A stretch of 48,000 nucleotides of DNA from Channa argus. Taxonomy: Eukaryota. The stretch spans positions 19,947,894 to 19,995,893 of the forward strand of contig NC_090210.1 of the NCBI RefSeq assembly GCF_033026475.1, given 5' to 3'. This document shows, piece after piece, positions 1 to 13,700 of the stretch (its first letter is position 1; each line of letters begins with the position of its first letter). The notes below the pieces were generated by a model. It did no database searches and had not been told where the DNA came from. It was given only the letters and a program-made list of their open reading frames with translations. The position numbers were made by a program, and so were the translations under genes.

Positions 1-384
1 AATAAGGTAAATGTTTTATCAGCTGTGCTTGTTGTGTTATTCTTTTTGTGTTGCTGTGTTTAATGTTTTTTCATTTTATCATTATTTGCAATAAACTGTA
101 AGCTAAGGTAACGTTACTCCCAAACGGGGTAGTGGGATTAAACATCTGACGCCCTTTTACAGATATCTTTGTGTTGAAATTCCGAGAACCCCTGAAATGG
201 TGTAACTGCTCATTTTCATACTATACACAAGATACTGTATATCATAGAAGGTGAAAATGAACATGATGCAAATATGTGCTGGTTTCTGTGGAGATTACAC
301 TTCACAGAGTTACTCTGTTAGAAGAAATGATAAGTCAGTTCAAAGATGAACGGATTCTCAATTACCCTTTAAAGTACAGCTTTA

Positions 385-1600
385 TTAACGAGAGGATGCG
401 CAGCAGGTGAGGCTGATTGGATGGAAATGTATTGACAAGGTGACGGGAAGATGGAAGGAGAACTTTGAAGAGTTGATGAATGAGGAGCATGAACGAGAAC
501 AAAGAGTAGAAGAGGTGACTGGTGTGGAGCAGGAAGTAGCAAAGATTATTAAGAGTGAAGTGAGGAGGACTTTGAAGAGGATGAAGAGTGGAAAGGTAGT
601 TGGTCCTGATGACATACCTGTGGAGGTATGGAAGTGTCTAGGACAGGTGGCAGTAGAGTTTCTGACTAGTTTGTTTAACAAGATCTTGGAGAGTGAGAGG
701 ATGCTGACGACTGGAGGAGAAGTGTACTGGTACCAATTTTTAAGAACAAGGGAGATGTGCAGAGCTGTGGCAGCTACAGAAGAATAAAGCTGATGAGACA
801 ATGAAGTTGTGGGAAAGAGTAGTGGAAGCTCGGCTAAGGGCAGAGGTGAGCAGCAATATGGTTTCATGCCTAGAAAGAGAACAACAGATGCAGTATTTGC
901 TTTGAGGATGCTGATGGAGAAGTACAGTGAAGGTCAGAGGGAGTTGCATTGTGTCTTCGTAGATTTAGAGAAAGTGTGTGACAGGGTGCTGAGAGAGGAG
1001 CTGTGGTATTGAATGAGGACGTCTGGAGCGGCAGAGACATATGTTAGAGTGGTGCAGGACATGTATGAGAGCTGTAAGACCGTGGTGAGGTGCTGTAGGT
1101 GTGACAGAGGAGTTCAAGGTGGAGGTGGGTCTGCATCAAGGATCGGCTCTGAGCCCCTTCTTGTTTGCTCTGGTGATGGACAGGCTGACAGATGAGGTTA
1201 GACAGGAATCTCCATGGACTATGATGTTTGCAGAAGACATTGTGATTTGTAGTGAGAGCAGGGAGCAGGTGGAGGAAAATCTAGAGAGGTGGAGGTCTGT
1301 TCTGGAAAACAGAGAATTGAAGCTTAGCCGCAGCAAGACAGAATACATGTGTGTCAATGAGAGGGACCCAGGGGGAACGGTGAGGTTACAGGGAGCAGAG
1401 GTGAAGAAGGTGCAGGACTTTAAGTACTTAAGGTCAACGGTTCAGAGCAACGGAGAGTTTGGAAAAGAGGTGAAGAGGCGAGTGCAGGCAGGTTGGAACG
1501 GGTGGAGGAAAGTGTCAGGTGTGTTTTGTGATAAAAGAGCAGCAAGAATGAAAGGAAAGTGTTCAAGACGGTGGTGAGACCAGAGATGTTGTACGACTTA
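385..1600 (+). mobile_element. Degenerate non-LTR retrotransposon (LINE) reverse-transcriptase fragment. The RT domain is split over 3 ORF pieces by an in-frame TGA at 1010-1012 and a frameshift near 1100-1195.
   Basis: Translation contains RT motifs: 'MKSGKVVGPDDIPVEVWK', 'YGFMPRKRTTDAVFALRMLMEKY...CVFVDLEKVCDRV', 'FKVEVGLHQGSALSPFLFALVMDRLTD', the 'MMFAEDIVICSES' (YADD-like) box, and the 'SKTEYMCVN' / 'KTVVRPEMLY' C-terminal region typical of CR1/L2/RTE-type LINEs. Stop and frameshift show it is a dead copy. It probably lies in a GLIS intron. Confidence 0.75.
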
Positions 1601-4600
1601 AAGGTTCTTAACATAAACACATTCAAGCATTTATTTGTTAAAAATTAATAGTTCTGATAATCAAATGTGTTAAACAATTAAGTGAATAGATGGTGCTAAT
1701 GAGCTTTTGTAGACTGGCTAAGGTAACTGTTGTCACGAGTCCATTAAACGACCTTTCAGTATTGTAACACTGGCCGGTGAAATGTTTTAGTTCAAACTGT
1801 GTCTCAAAGGTGCTTAGTCCTCACACACGTTTACTTAAATGGTCAATGAAAACAAAGTTATAATTATATGTCCTTTGTATGTTTCTCGTGCTTATGAGAT
1901 AAGGCCTCTATTTTTTTCTCTCTGCTGAATGCAATGCGACGCCGTAAAGGGGGATGCAAGCTTCTGAACCGATATAATTTTCATTGTTATTTTATGACAA
2001 TATTTTTGTACACACTGTGTCACTTCTGATGATTAAAGAACAATTGCACATTGTTAACATTTGACTTGTTTCCATTTCAAACTGAGGGGATGCAAAGCTT
2101 TTTACTTGAGTGAAGATTTTCAAGTTCAGATAGATCTGGCATCAGAGCAAGTACTTCTCTATAGTGTTTATGAAAAATTGTGCAATATTGTGGTCTTATG
2201 AAACAATTTCTGAGAAAAACTATCCCCTGGGAGACACACTCAGGACTCAAGAATAAATGAAGTGCTGAGTTTTTTATCATTGTACACATGAGCTTGGTGG
2301 AAAATAAAGGTCTGAAAAGGAAATTATGTGTCAAAATTACATAAGTGTGTACGGTTAATCCATATATATTTGGACAGTGACACAGTTTTCATAATTTTGG
2401 CTGTGTGCCACAACAGTGGATTTGCAATCAAACACCAAAGATGTGTTGTACTTGAAGTGTAATCTACAGGGGTTTAGGTCATTTAAGGTTTTTACTACTA
2501 ACGCATAAACTGTGTCGGGGTTTTTTGATGAATTGGCTCATAATTTTATGGTGTGCACGGTCATTGCTTAGTCGAATGTGCGTTACTCCTTCAACTATTT
2601 TACTAATAAGCAGATAATAGGTCTGCTGAAGATTTTAAGATGCTTAAAGGTTGTTGGGTTTTTTTTTATATTAGATGTTACAGTTTAAACAGTTAAGGCT
2701 GAAATGCTGTAACTTAACAATGACCAATCAGATTTTTAGGGCTAACCAGAAAACAAGTGAGCGTAATTCACCACAAACACAATCATTTTGCAAACGTAAC
2801 TTAATTATTACGGTCTTAAAAAAAAAAAAAAAAAAAAACACGCATCTGAAATGGATGCTGGTGTGAGGTAGAAGCTGTAGAGACACTTCGTTGTGAGACT
2901 GACCACTGCGGAAACAAATGGTACTTAGCACGCTATTATTCATAACATTAGTAACACAATACAAGTTATTTAGTCAAACTTAAATAGCAGCCTTTTTCTG
3001 GCTGCTTGTTATACTATATTCAGCAGTTACTTACACTCAGACAATCTTCCACTGGGCCTCCGTTATGGCGCCAGATGTGTCTGATTCTTGATTTGTGACG
3101 CAACTGTGAAGCCGCTATTAGCCAGCGTGAAACCACAAAAAGGAAAAAACAACTTTCTTCGTCTTGTTGTAATAACACAGCAGCGCAATGCACAGCTCCA
3201 TCTCATCCATGTAATAAGAGATCTGATTTGCTGGATTACTACTAAATCCTCTTTGCTTGTCAGCAGGAGTAAAAATAACTGTGGGTTTTTCAGAATAAAT
3301 CAACAGCAGGTATGGCGTTTCACAATCCTAAAGAATGTTCAGTGGCAAATATACAGAAAGAGGAGGAGAGAGGGGAGCAGTGGCACTTTAAACTGTAAAT
3401 GTAATTACATTTTTTTAGTGAGGGTATTGAGTGGGTTGACAACATTCCCATGCAAGAGCTACATCTACACTGGATAAAATATTTTTAGCTCTTGTTTATA
3501 TCTTCTCAAAGCTTTACTGCTCAATCTCTTCCAAACATATCGCAGGTCAAATTAAACCAAAATGAACCTATGCAAAATAAGAGGAATGAGTCTGATAACA
3601 AAATGATTCCAACTTTATGGGCAACAGTATAGATATATAGGAAGTGAATCAGAATTAGGTCGTCATTAAATGGTGGGTTTGTCTTGCCACAGAGTTCCAA
3701 TAGTGTTAAAGTGTAGGCAAGAAAAGTCTGTTAGGGTTAGAGAAACACGGTTTAGTTTAAATGTCTTATTCTTATTAAATGTCTTGTTGTGCTGTAAGAT
3801 CAGACAGTTTGGTGGACAACTATTTTCAGTCTACACATTTCTAAGTACACCTAGTTAGATGTAACAACTAGAGTTATTACATTTTATGTAACTTGAATAT
3901 CTTCACCTTTTGCTACTTTATGCAACTTTTTAGATGGAAATATTGTACTTTATTAATCTGATTTTGTCCTTTGACCCTTCTTGTCACATTTGAGTTGCCT
4001 ATGATTGACACAGAGAAAGGCTTTATTTTTGTCTTTCATGTTTGGAGACTAAAAGGGCAAACATTGTTTTTCTTCTTCTGCTTTTTCTTCTCCATTAAAT
4101 AAAGCATTTACATCCAACTCTAACTAGTGGTTAAAGAGCAAAATGCTGCTTATACACAAGTGAATGAACAAGGAGAATAGAAATTCTCAGGAAAGGTAAA
4201 AAGGAGCCTAAACACTATTTTGTACTTGAGTAAATGTTCTTTGTCACGATGAGACATTAAACAACATTCATAATAAGAACAGAAATGCATATCATGGCAT
4301 GATATTTGGCACCTGGTGCACGAGAAGAACCTGCGACCTAAAAAGTTTGGATTTCAAGGAAAAGCCTGCTTTCTGTTCTCTCTCAGGCTGCATTGGTGGA
4401 TTTCATAACTTTTGCGGTCAAAGCCTTAATTTATAGCCATTGTGAGCACGAGGGACACTCACCCCCGCTTCTCTAAGTCCCCTGATAACATTTCACATCA
4501 GTTGCATCATTTAACAGTTTTAGATGCTAAATTCTTCGGGCTGTTCTATGGAGTTTGACTTTCGATTCAATTCCTGCTTTTTAACCTCAATATTCATTCA

Positions 4601-5043
4601 TCATCCAAGTAGTTAAATTTAAATTTCTGTGCAAGTGAAAATTGGCGTGTTGCCCGGTTTATTTTCATTATTAAGGTTTCAATCAAGTGAAACAGTGATC
4701 TTACTAAAGTGGAACATTTCATCTCTTTCTGTGCAGGTTTTTTCACACTACGCTGCTGCAGCTTTGAGTTTGGACTTGAATGAACTCTAAATGAATTGTG
4801 AAGTGTGACAAGAAAACCACTTGTAATGAGGTAATGTCTGAAAGGGCCTAAAATGTTATGTTGTGTGTATTTGCACTTTGACTGAAGATGACGTCCAACA
4901 GTATAAATGAAACAAATCTGTATCCCTGCTTTCACTATATGAAATGACAATGCAGAGCTAGTGCCTTCTGTGCTACAGTAAGTTGCTACTTAAGTGCAAA
5001 GATTCTGTCAGACAGAGGAAACAGTGTGTTCCTTTTTACTGAC

Positions 5044-5205
5044 TGTGTCCAGGTGTGTGCGTTGGTGTTTGGCCCGGTCACTCGAGTTGCTGAAGGCCTT
5101 TAGGCAGCCGGGGTGCTGACAGATATACGGTTTCTCTCCTGTGTGGCTCCTCAGGTGGATCTTCAAGTTCTCCAAACGGGAGAATGCCTTGGAGCAGCCC
5201 TCAAA
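5044..5205 (-). CDS. glis1: GLIS-family zinc-finger internal coding exon covering zinc fingers 2 and 3 (162 nt, phase 0/0).
   Basis: Reverse-complement translates to [54 protein letters not shown], which matches the GLIS1/GLIS3 ZF2-ZF3 consensus. The acceptor is 'ctctcggtag|TTTGAGGGC' and the donor is 'GACACA|gtcagt'. It joins in frame to the upstream exon, giving ...EKPNKCM|FEGC... Confidence 0.85.
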
Positions 5206-8200
5206 CTACCGAGAGAAACATAAAACATATTACAAAAACAAGATTAATTCTTGTTCTTATACACTTATAAAACACAACACCATCATACAACAGACCCAAG
5301 CTTGAATATTGCAGGGCTGTTGTATTGGACAACACAAGTACAAGTGGTACCTTGTAAAGTGGCAGCTGTACAATACTACAAAGTACATGATGCATCAATG
5401 CATATTTGGATGCACATTTTATATATAGCATTGTAAATTTCATTGGAGCTTTATATGACTTCATATACCTGTACATCCCCGCCCATTAATCACAACTATA
5501 CATTCTAGGTTTATTCCACTTCTGGTGACAAGAAGGTATTAAAACATCAGAAGTTTTACCATCCTGCACAAATCAAATCCCTTTGGTACAGTTGAACTAT
5601 GTCGGCCTGCAACTCACGTATACTGAAATCACATTTTCACATTACAGATTGGTGAAGTCTGATCCAACAGGAACGAGTAATCACATGAAACAGCAAAATG
5701 AAACAAAACCACCCACCCACACCCACACCCACACGTACATGTAGGTTCTGGTAAAAGCGTTTCTGTTGTACTGTAGCCAGACAAGAAGCAATATCAGCGT
5801 CAGCTAAATACACTGCTGGGCCAAAACCAGACCTATATAACTTTATAGAAACTCTGTCACATTCAATCTCATCTCTCACGGAATTTCAAACGAGCCGCGG
5901 TGTCATAGTTGACATGCAAGTCAACGTTTCAATGGCAACATTTTTCAGCAGTTGTTTTAAACCTCCTGCAACAGAAAGGGGAATCACAGAAGGTTTAGAC
6001 ACGAAAACATCTGCATGGATTCACTTCATGTGATAAATTCAATAGATGTTGTATGTTGTCAAAAATCCCAAATAAGTGTCATCTGTGAATTACAATGATA
6101 CGTATAGATACAACACAAAGGCACGAAAAAAGGACCAGTGTTTTGTAAGTGGGAGTTTAGATGAGATCTTGGTCTGATTCTTATTAAGTGTTTCATCCTT
6201 TCTAAACTAATCCAGAGGGAAACATGGAAACAGTCTTTCTACCTAATATTCATTCCAGGTTTTTTTATTAGGTCTCGCTAATGAGTCAGTAAATGTCAGT
6301 CACCTCATTTACTTTAGTGAATAAACACTACATCATGCTGATTGATTAACGCAAGGCTTACAAAAAAAGCGCTCAGCACAAAACCTTAAAGGAATCTCCT
6401 ATAAAAATACAGAGCCGTAATTGAAATACATGTTCAGACATGCAACTGGGAACGAAGAGTCTTTGTGTCCTGGAAAACTGAATCGCACTAGATTTAACAT
6501 TTTGCATCTTTATGTTCACTGAACTGTGAGGCCAAAATCTACAGAAACAAGCAAGTGGGAGTCATTTGAAAAAAAAAAAAAAAAAAAAAAAAAGATGTTG
6601 TCTTGTGTTTTACCGCTTTAATACTGCAGTTAAAATGCTATAAAAATCAACCAAAGGAAACTGTGCTTAAATAGAAACAGATTTTAAAAATCCTTGAGTA
6701 GAAATTCAAGCACAGCTTTACTTAAACTCCGGTAATAGTTTACATACTTTATTTCCTCAGCATGACAGCATGCATGTGTCTTCCTAAAGTCTCTATTACT
6801 AAAAGTATAATGTTTCCTTCATTTTTATGTATGATGACAAAATGAAAAACAATACTAATAAACTCAAAGAAGCTGTACATTAATCTAAACCTCATATGTG
6901 ATCCTAAAGATCAGATACTGTTTTGTCTGTAATTTTAGATGTTTTTGTCATTACCTAAAATCAGTACGACCATTTGTCCTGTCTCCCATGTTAAATAATT
7001 GATTTGGGGGATGCTTTATTAATACTGTGCTATGTGTGTTTAAAGGATTCGGTTGCCAATATACTGTATTTTGTAATTGTCATTTCCGCTAGTCCCAAGA
7101 AAATGCCAACAACTCAGCCAACTGATAAATCTTTAAAAAACAATGAGGCTGAATGCTTTTCTGAATACAGGGTATTGTAGTTTTAACCAAACCTTAGTCC
7201 AACAGGACTATTTTCAGCTGTGGATTAATATACATTTCATGCATCAGTAGGGATGTTTGCCCCCCCAACATTGTTTACATTGTTTATAGTTGCTGAAACA
7301 CATTGTAAACACATTTATGACCGAAGTTAAGAACAACACTGGATCAGACAGTTATTGTCACTTAAATGCAAACATTTGTTGTTTTGGGCCAACAGCTAAA
7401 ATCACTGCCTCTGTTGTGTTCTGCTGGAAACATTCTAAACTGTATTTATGGGACGCACTCAAAATAAACTACAGTGCCCATGTTATGCCAGTTGAATTAT
7501 GAGTTTTTAATAGTTTACAGATAATGGAGCTCTGTGGCACAGAGGGATATCAGGATTGGCTACAGACAAAACTTAAATAGTTAGTTGTGATCATTTGACG
7601 GGAGTTGTTGACAGTATGAGAAGACTTATCCTTTAATTGAGTGCACATATGAATGTCATTTCAGCTTTATAAATTATGAATGATGGCTCCACCACGGTGC
7701 GTTTAAAACTGCCTTAGGAACGAGTGTTTAGTGTGGGAATGACACCTGTTTAATCTGAGACCTGACGTTACGAGCCGGTAAAAAAAAAAAAGAAAAGAAA
7801 AAAAAAGGCGGAATTCATTAAAAAACACTGACTACATTCATCCGATATATTCATTTTCCATTGCAGCACTAGGAATGATTTTATTTACATGTTTTGGCCG
7901 GAGAGCTTTATGAAAATGAAATGACGTTATTCACGTAGTTCGAGTGTGACTAATGACAATTTTTTTGTGTGTTGGTGTTGATTTATTCTTATTAATATGT
8001 TTGCAGGCAACTCTCCATAGTAATATATTTACAAGCTGGCAGCAGGTCATTTTAATGAATTAACTCATTTAAGTACGTGTCCCTCAGTGAAAACGTCTGC
8101 ATAAATTATAAATCAGAGACTAAGCTGATGACAGCTGTGGAGTCGCTAAGAGAGTTACTCACTTTCAGTGACAGGGATTTGGCACCGGACCCAAGGTCAT

Positions 8201-9809
8201 CATGGCACAAACGTGTTCAAGTTGCAACAGTTGTGTCTTACAAAATGACTCATGACAGGAGTGATGGAGGGTGACGCTACGCTGGGTCTCAAAGTTGTGA
8301 CTGTTATGACAAAATAATAAAGAAACATCACAGTCTCTGCCTAAACCCAGATGTGTCCTTGTTTTTTTTTTTGGTTTTTTTTTTGCCTTGTATGTGCAGC
8401 TTGATTTTTTCACAATGAAAAATTCTTTGTTGCAATTCACTGTGTCATTTTGCAATCATAGTTCTTTAGTTCTATAATTACATCTGTGCAATCTGGTCCA
8501 TTACGATACTGCTATAAAGTCTTCTTTTACACCTATAACTTTATTGTGTCAACACATATATAGAGGTGTTAATTCTATGGTTAATACACCGAATTGCCAC
8601 TGAAAACTCAGTGTTTAACACATAATTTAGTTCAGCTTATTTAAAGCTTCCTGCAGATTCACATTTAAAAGAATCTACTCTCAGAACACTGGGTAGCCTT
8701 TACTGTGAAGCAGCTGCAGGAAACAGTGTGTCTGTCACAGAAGACAGGAAATTGTCATTTACCTTTGTACAACACTAAACATGGAAACAAATGCTACCTA
8801 ATAACTGCAAATGAATTGCATTTGTCAGAATAAACACAGAGAGGGGTCAGCTGGTTCTTGAAGGCTCAGCTCTACAGACACATCCTCCATTCATTCAACA
8901 CTGCCACGTTTCTTCCTCTGGCATGCATGAGTAAGGGAAACCTGTTGTGGGGAGAGGAAACCGTTTGATCATGTCTCTACCAGACTGCTGAGCGAAGTCG
9001 AGACGCACTGTAAACAGGTTAATGCCTTTCAAACCCAGTTAAGGCCCTAAATGCACCATCTGAAATGAACATAACGTTGGAAAGGGATGAGATACACTGT
9101 ATTTTGCATGAAGCTGCATGAGTGAAGCGACTAAAGATGTTCTGTTCTTCACCGTGTCACCTCTGACTTAAAAGGTGAATCTCACCTCTGAACAACTGTA
9201 ATTGAATAGCTCAAAAAACTGATTACAACTTCATTAGTACAGTTTAGCAGTACAGCTTTTTCTTCAGCTGCATTCACTGAACTGATTGCATGTTGTAGTG
9301 GTCCTGTGTGAGACTCTTAGATTCTCCTCCAATGTAGCTTTATGCCTTATGGCTCAAACATATTGCTTAAACAATGCCAAATGTAACCGTAATTATTATA
9401 ACATGTTGAACACAATGCATGACAACTTTAAATTCAAATCACGTTGTAAATGCGTGCACGTGAGAGAGGCTCCCAGGAACAACAACCCTGGCGACTGTTC
9501 TCACAATAAAATATCATCATGGGCTCACACCCCTTTGCCCCCAACACCCCCCCTGCCTCTGGGGTGACTTAAAAGAGGGTCGACAATGCCCCCACACGCT
9601 GGTATGGTGCCTTTAATAAAGAATAGTGAATCCACACATTGCTGCAATAGTCCTGCCTTGAATGTGCAGAGTAAACACAGTACTTAGTGTCCAACCGACT
9701 GTTTTAGTGTGTGAAGTGCAGAAGAGTTACATTTGTCTTCAGTGAATGCTTAGCAGTCCAAAAATGTATTTCCTTAGAAATGAGAATCCTAAGAAAGACA
9801 CTGACTCAC

Positions 9810-10740
9810 CATGCATTTGTTTGGTTTTTCTCCAGAATGAACCCTCATGTGGATGAGCAGCTTGTAGCGAGCGTTGAATGGTTTGTGGCGCCGCACACAG
9901 CCGGCCCAGAAACACGCAAACTCCTCCCCTTTACGCTGGTCGATGTGAACCTTCTCGATGTGCCTCACCAGCTCCTCCTGACTGCTGTAAGTGGCACTGC
10001 AGTCAATCCAGTGACAGGGCTGCTCCCCTGTGGGGTCCTGTCCGATGGGCCTGTCAAGTCTAGGCGAGTGCAGGGGGGTCTGGGTGTTGTCCTGACTGTC
10101 GTGGCCCTGGAGAGGCTGGCCAAGGTGAAAGAGCTCGCCCTGATGGCTGTTCTGGTGAAACGGCTCCTTCTTACATGATGAGAAATCATCTGCAGGCTCC
10201 TGTTTTATGGAAAGATACTCTTCTTGTAACTTCAGTTGTTGCTGAGATGTTTTGTTGTTGACATCGGAAAGGGGCAAAGAAGTAGCAAAGAATAAAGGTG
10301 AGGTGGAGGTAGAGGAGAGAGAGGATGAGGGAGGGCAGAAAGAAGGAGATGTAGTACAGTTGGTGAGCATGTACGACAAAGGGAGAGAGGGCTGGGGGTA
10401 ACCACCAAACCTCTGGGTGTTGCTTTTAGCATCTGTGTGTGCTGCGGTGGCAAAGTCCTCCATAGACTTGTCTATGTGGGAGCCATTAGTCTTACAGTTG
10501 AGCAAGGAGGTGAGGTCTCGCCCGAGGGAGGACAGGGACAATGACGTCCTTGGAAGACAGCACAGGCCACCCGAATGAATTGACGACTGACAGAATCCGC
10601 CAGAAGACAACGGTGCCTGAGGGTCATCTGCATCTTCAAACACACTCCCGAAACCAGGAAGAGTCAGCTGGACGTCTGGAGGCCCCAGGTCGGGGGGCCA
10701 CATGCTAGCCCTTGCTCCCCTGACTTCCACCAAGTGATTG
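9810..10740 (-). CDS. glis1: GLIS-family zinc-finger large coding exon (N-terminal region plus zinc finger 1). The first in-frame ATG is at 10703; a possible acceptor at 10740/10741 would allow upstream coding exons (long isoform). The donor lies after 9810.
   Basis: ORF translation ...SIKQEPADDFSSC...CHWIDCSATYSSQEELVRHIEKVHIDQRKGEEFACFWAGCVRRHKPFNARYKLLIHMRVHSGEKPNKCM matches human GLIS1 (FLKQEPADEFSELF...; CRW.DC.AAYEQQEELVRHIEKSHIDQRKGEDFTCFWAGCVRRYKPFNARYKLLIHMRVHSGEKPNKCMFEGC). The donor is 'AAATGCATG|gtgagt'. The ORF-track 'M' at 10733 is a TTG; the real ATG is 'agcATGtggccc' at 10703-10701. An upstream in-frame TGA sits inside a 'ttttactgaag|CAATCAC' acceptor-like site. Confidence 0.85.
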
Positions 10741-13700
10741 CTTCAGTAAAATACTTGATGGCAACTTTAAAAATCCATTAAAGGCAAAACCCTCCACAGC
10801 GTCTTTCAGTATTCGGATGAAATCAAATTAGATGGAACTGCTGGCATCTTCTGCGTGTGCGATCGTCTGTTATTTGTTCCAAACTGCAGTGTGGTCAGGC
10901 ATCTCTCGTGCTCTGCGGGAGACAGCAGCCAAACCCATATGAGTCATCTTTAACGACAAAAATCACGAATAAAAAAAAAAAAAAAAACTTCTGAAACTAA
11001 TCATGTAACAGATTTTTGAACAAGTGATGGAAGACATACTCAGGCTTTTTACTTCAATACAAATAAAACTATATAACAGTACATCTATAAGTCCTGCATT
11101 CACAATTAACTCAAAGTACAGATCTATTAGCAGCTAAATGCAGTTGAAATATGAAAAGCAAAAGTACTTATATTGTTTCTTTAACAGTTCACAAACCAAC
11201 TAGTTTGGGAAACACTGGCTAAATATTTAATACGGTTTTGTCATTAATTTCATGGCATGGGATTAAAATTCGGTTGCCATACACGAATGCTCTATTTATA
11301 CCAATAGATGCCTCTGAATCATACACACTGCACTGCATTTTCCATGCGTTATTCTTCCTTGTCCTCCAACCACCTGCATCAACACTACGTCGTCCACAAT
11401 GCAACTTGAGACCACAGTTCGCTCAGTCAGGGATTTGGGTGTTTTATGCTAGAAAAATAGCAATGGACCTTTAGCCTCAGGCCGAGATGAGGAGTAGGCT
11501 ACAGAGATGTGATAAGATCACTTCTTACAAATTTCACACCCTTGGATTTGTTTTCCTTTTCACATTTATAGTCTTCAAACAATGTCAACTAAAATTATAT
11601 TTTTCATGAATAACTACTCAACAAGACCTGTGTACAGCATTCTCATCCGTGAAATTAGTGATGTACTTAAGTTTGTTATGTCCCACCACACTGTTGATAT
11701 CATTCAAAGGACTCAGGATGCTTTTTGTGACGATGCAAAGCAATGACTCGGCTATTTTGACCCTTTGCCACGCCATAAGGGCTGAAACATGAAACCCAAA
11801 ATGTGTCGCTCTGAAGGTCATTCCCTCATTCCCAACTTTTTGGTTAACCATTAACAACTAAGAAACCAGTGACCACATTTGGATGACTTAAAAACCCAAA
11901 CAAACTGCATGGCCGACCCTCTTCAAGCTTCAACCAAACTTTTCTAAGCGCAACACTGCAGCAAGTGTATACATGGATGTTGTTTCCTTTGAGCTGCTGC
12001 GACGGTCCAGACTGCTCATTCCTGCAGACATTAAGGCCACCACTGCAACAAACAGCCAGGCTTTGTGCGGCAGCTGATTGCCTGAAACCTGGTCCAGATG
12101 CTTGTTAGGAGAAGATGAGGAATGGACCACATCACTCTGCTAGTGATGCAAGACAGGGAGGCTGGAAAATGGTGGGTCAATCAGAAGTTGCCCCACCCCT
12201 GTTCGCAGATACAGTAGCTCTACTGTGCAAAACCCCTTGAGTGTGCATTGGAATAGACTGTTCCCTGCCAGATTGATTGATCTAATTTACAACAGGATCT
12301 CTGCCACTTGTAATTAGTCATTGGAAAGACTGAATCTGATTTTTATTCAGATGGCTATTTCATGAGCCAGAAAGTGACACAGCTCAGAAGATGAGTAAGT
12401 TCACTTCTGAAGTTATATTAGTGTATAAGTGTAGGTTCATGCCCATAGTTTCCTGGTATAGGCTGGTTTATAGTTTTATGATTCTTCCTGTAAATTGCTG
12501 GAGTTCCCCCCACCTTCCTCATGTAGCAGACCAGTCATGGGAACTGCGGTTAAACCCTAATTAGAGGGGTTTTGATATGTCTATGTGTGAATGGGTTGAG
12601 CCAGATTAATGATAAGAATGTAGCAGAAGGTGGTTTGGTATGTTTAAAATATAATAACTGCAAAGCAGTGCCCGCTAGCTCTGCAAGTTAAAACCAGTAG
12701 AGTTTTAAGGGCACACGATGGGATTTCACATGCAAATAAAACATTTCATGCACTAGAATTAAAGAATAAATGTGATTAACCATTTCTTTCTTTATCTACA
12801 CAGCATCACACTATCTGCATGTAAACATCCACTATGAGTGAAATGCAGCAGCAAATATAGCAAAAAGGGGATTTTTTTTTTTTTTTTTTTAGCAGTGTCT
12901 GGTCACAAACCACTTTGGTCCTAATCCAGAAAGAAGAGTCAGACAGTAAAACTAAGAAAAGTGACCCACAAAGCCTCAACTGAGCCAGCAAACGTTAGAA
13001 AATAGCAGACCCATCTCATGTGGTGTCTTTTAAAGTCTCACTTGCTGAGGTTAGCTAAACACAGCTGTGGCCTTTCAGGACAAGCAAATGTGTACTTGTC
13101 TCAACAATAAGCACTTTGGTGCTTGAATTACAAACTTTTTACAAACTTAAACATGGGAAAAAGATCCTTATTGAAATGAGAGATGTGAATACACAAACAA
13201 CATTTTCCTAATCCTCCTCCTACTGAATACTGAAACATTAGATCCTCTCAATACACTCTCACAAACGGGGGTACAGTTGGGGTCCATTTCTGTCTCCCAA
13301 AGTACATTCTAAATTAATGAATGAGTACAATTATTACTACAAGGGTACAAATAAGTACCAGTGTGAAGGGTATAAATGTGGCCTTCTTACGGGGTACAGC
13401 CCCAGTGACAAGGCGTTGTACACATAAAGGTAAAATAATGGCACAATGTTCTGTGAGTGTACAGCACATCTACAGTACCGTACATTATCTAAGGTATATT
13501 ATACAAATAAAATGTTTGTACACCATAGCTAATTATTTTATGTCAATGTTTTTAATGCGACATGTGGAAACAGCGGTGTACGTTTAGTAAGTCCGAAGAC
13601 AGAACCGCTCATCACTCCTGCTAGTCATTCTTTTACAGTTGCACTAATCAATATTGTGCATTAGCAATGGATTTAGGACACAAAATGATCACAAAGAGTG

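Noticed and set aside
407-1577. Four separate ORFs (126, 67, 60 and 158 aa) that could be read as individual small genes.
   Set aside because: Together they reconstitute one reverse-transcriptase domain interrupted by a stop and a frameshift, so they are pieces of a single dead LINE.
1940-2110. Direct repeat of 'ggggatgcaa(a)gctt' about 137 bp apart (1948 and 2085), a possible small transposon end pair.
   Set aside because: Only about 14 bp are shared, there are no inverted termini or TSD, and it is most likely chance or a fragment of a low-copy repeat.
9711-10189. ORFs of 155, 61 and 74 codons on the plus strand overlapping the GLIS exon.
   Set aside because: They are antisense to a well-supported, GC-rich coding exon. 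They have no recognisable motifs, and their length is explained by the stop-poor GC-rich complementary strand.
10733-10733. The ORF-track 'M' that starts the 314-aa GLIS ORF.
   Set aside because: The codon is TTG (the track allows alternative starts). The first genuine ATG is at 10703, and upstream of it the frame runs into a TGA inside an acceptor-like site, so 10733 is not a start codon.
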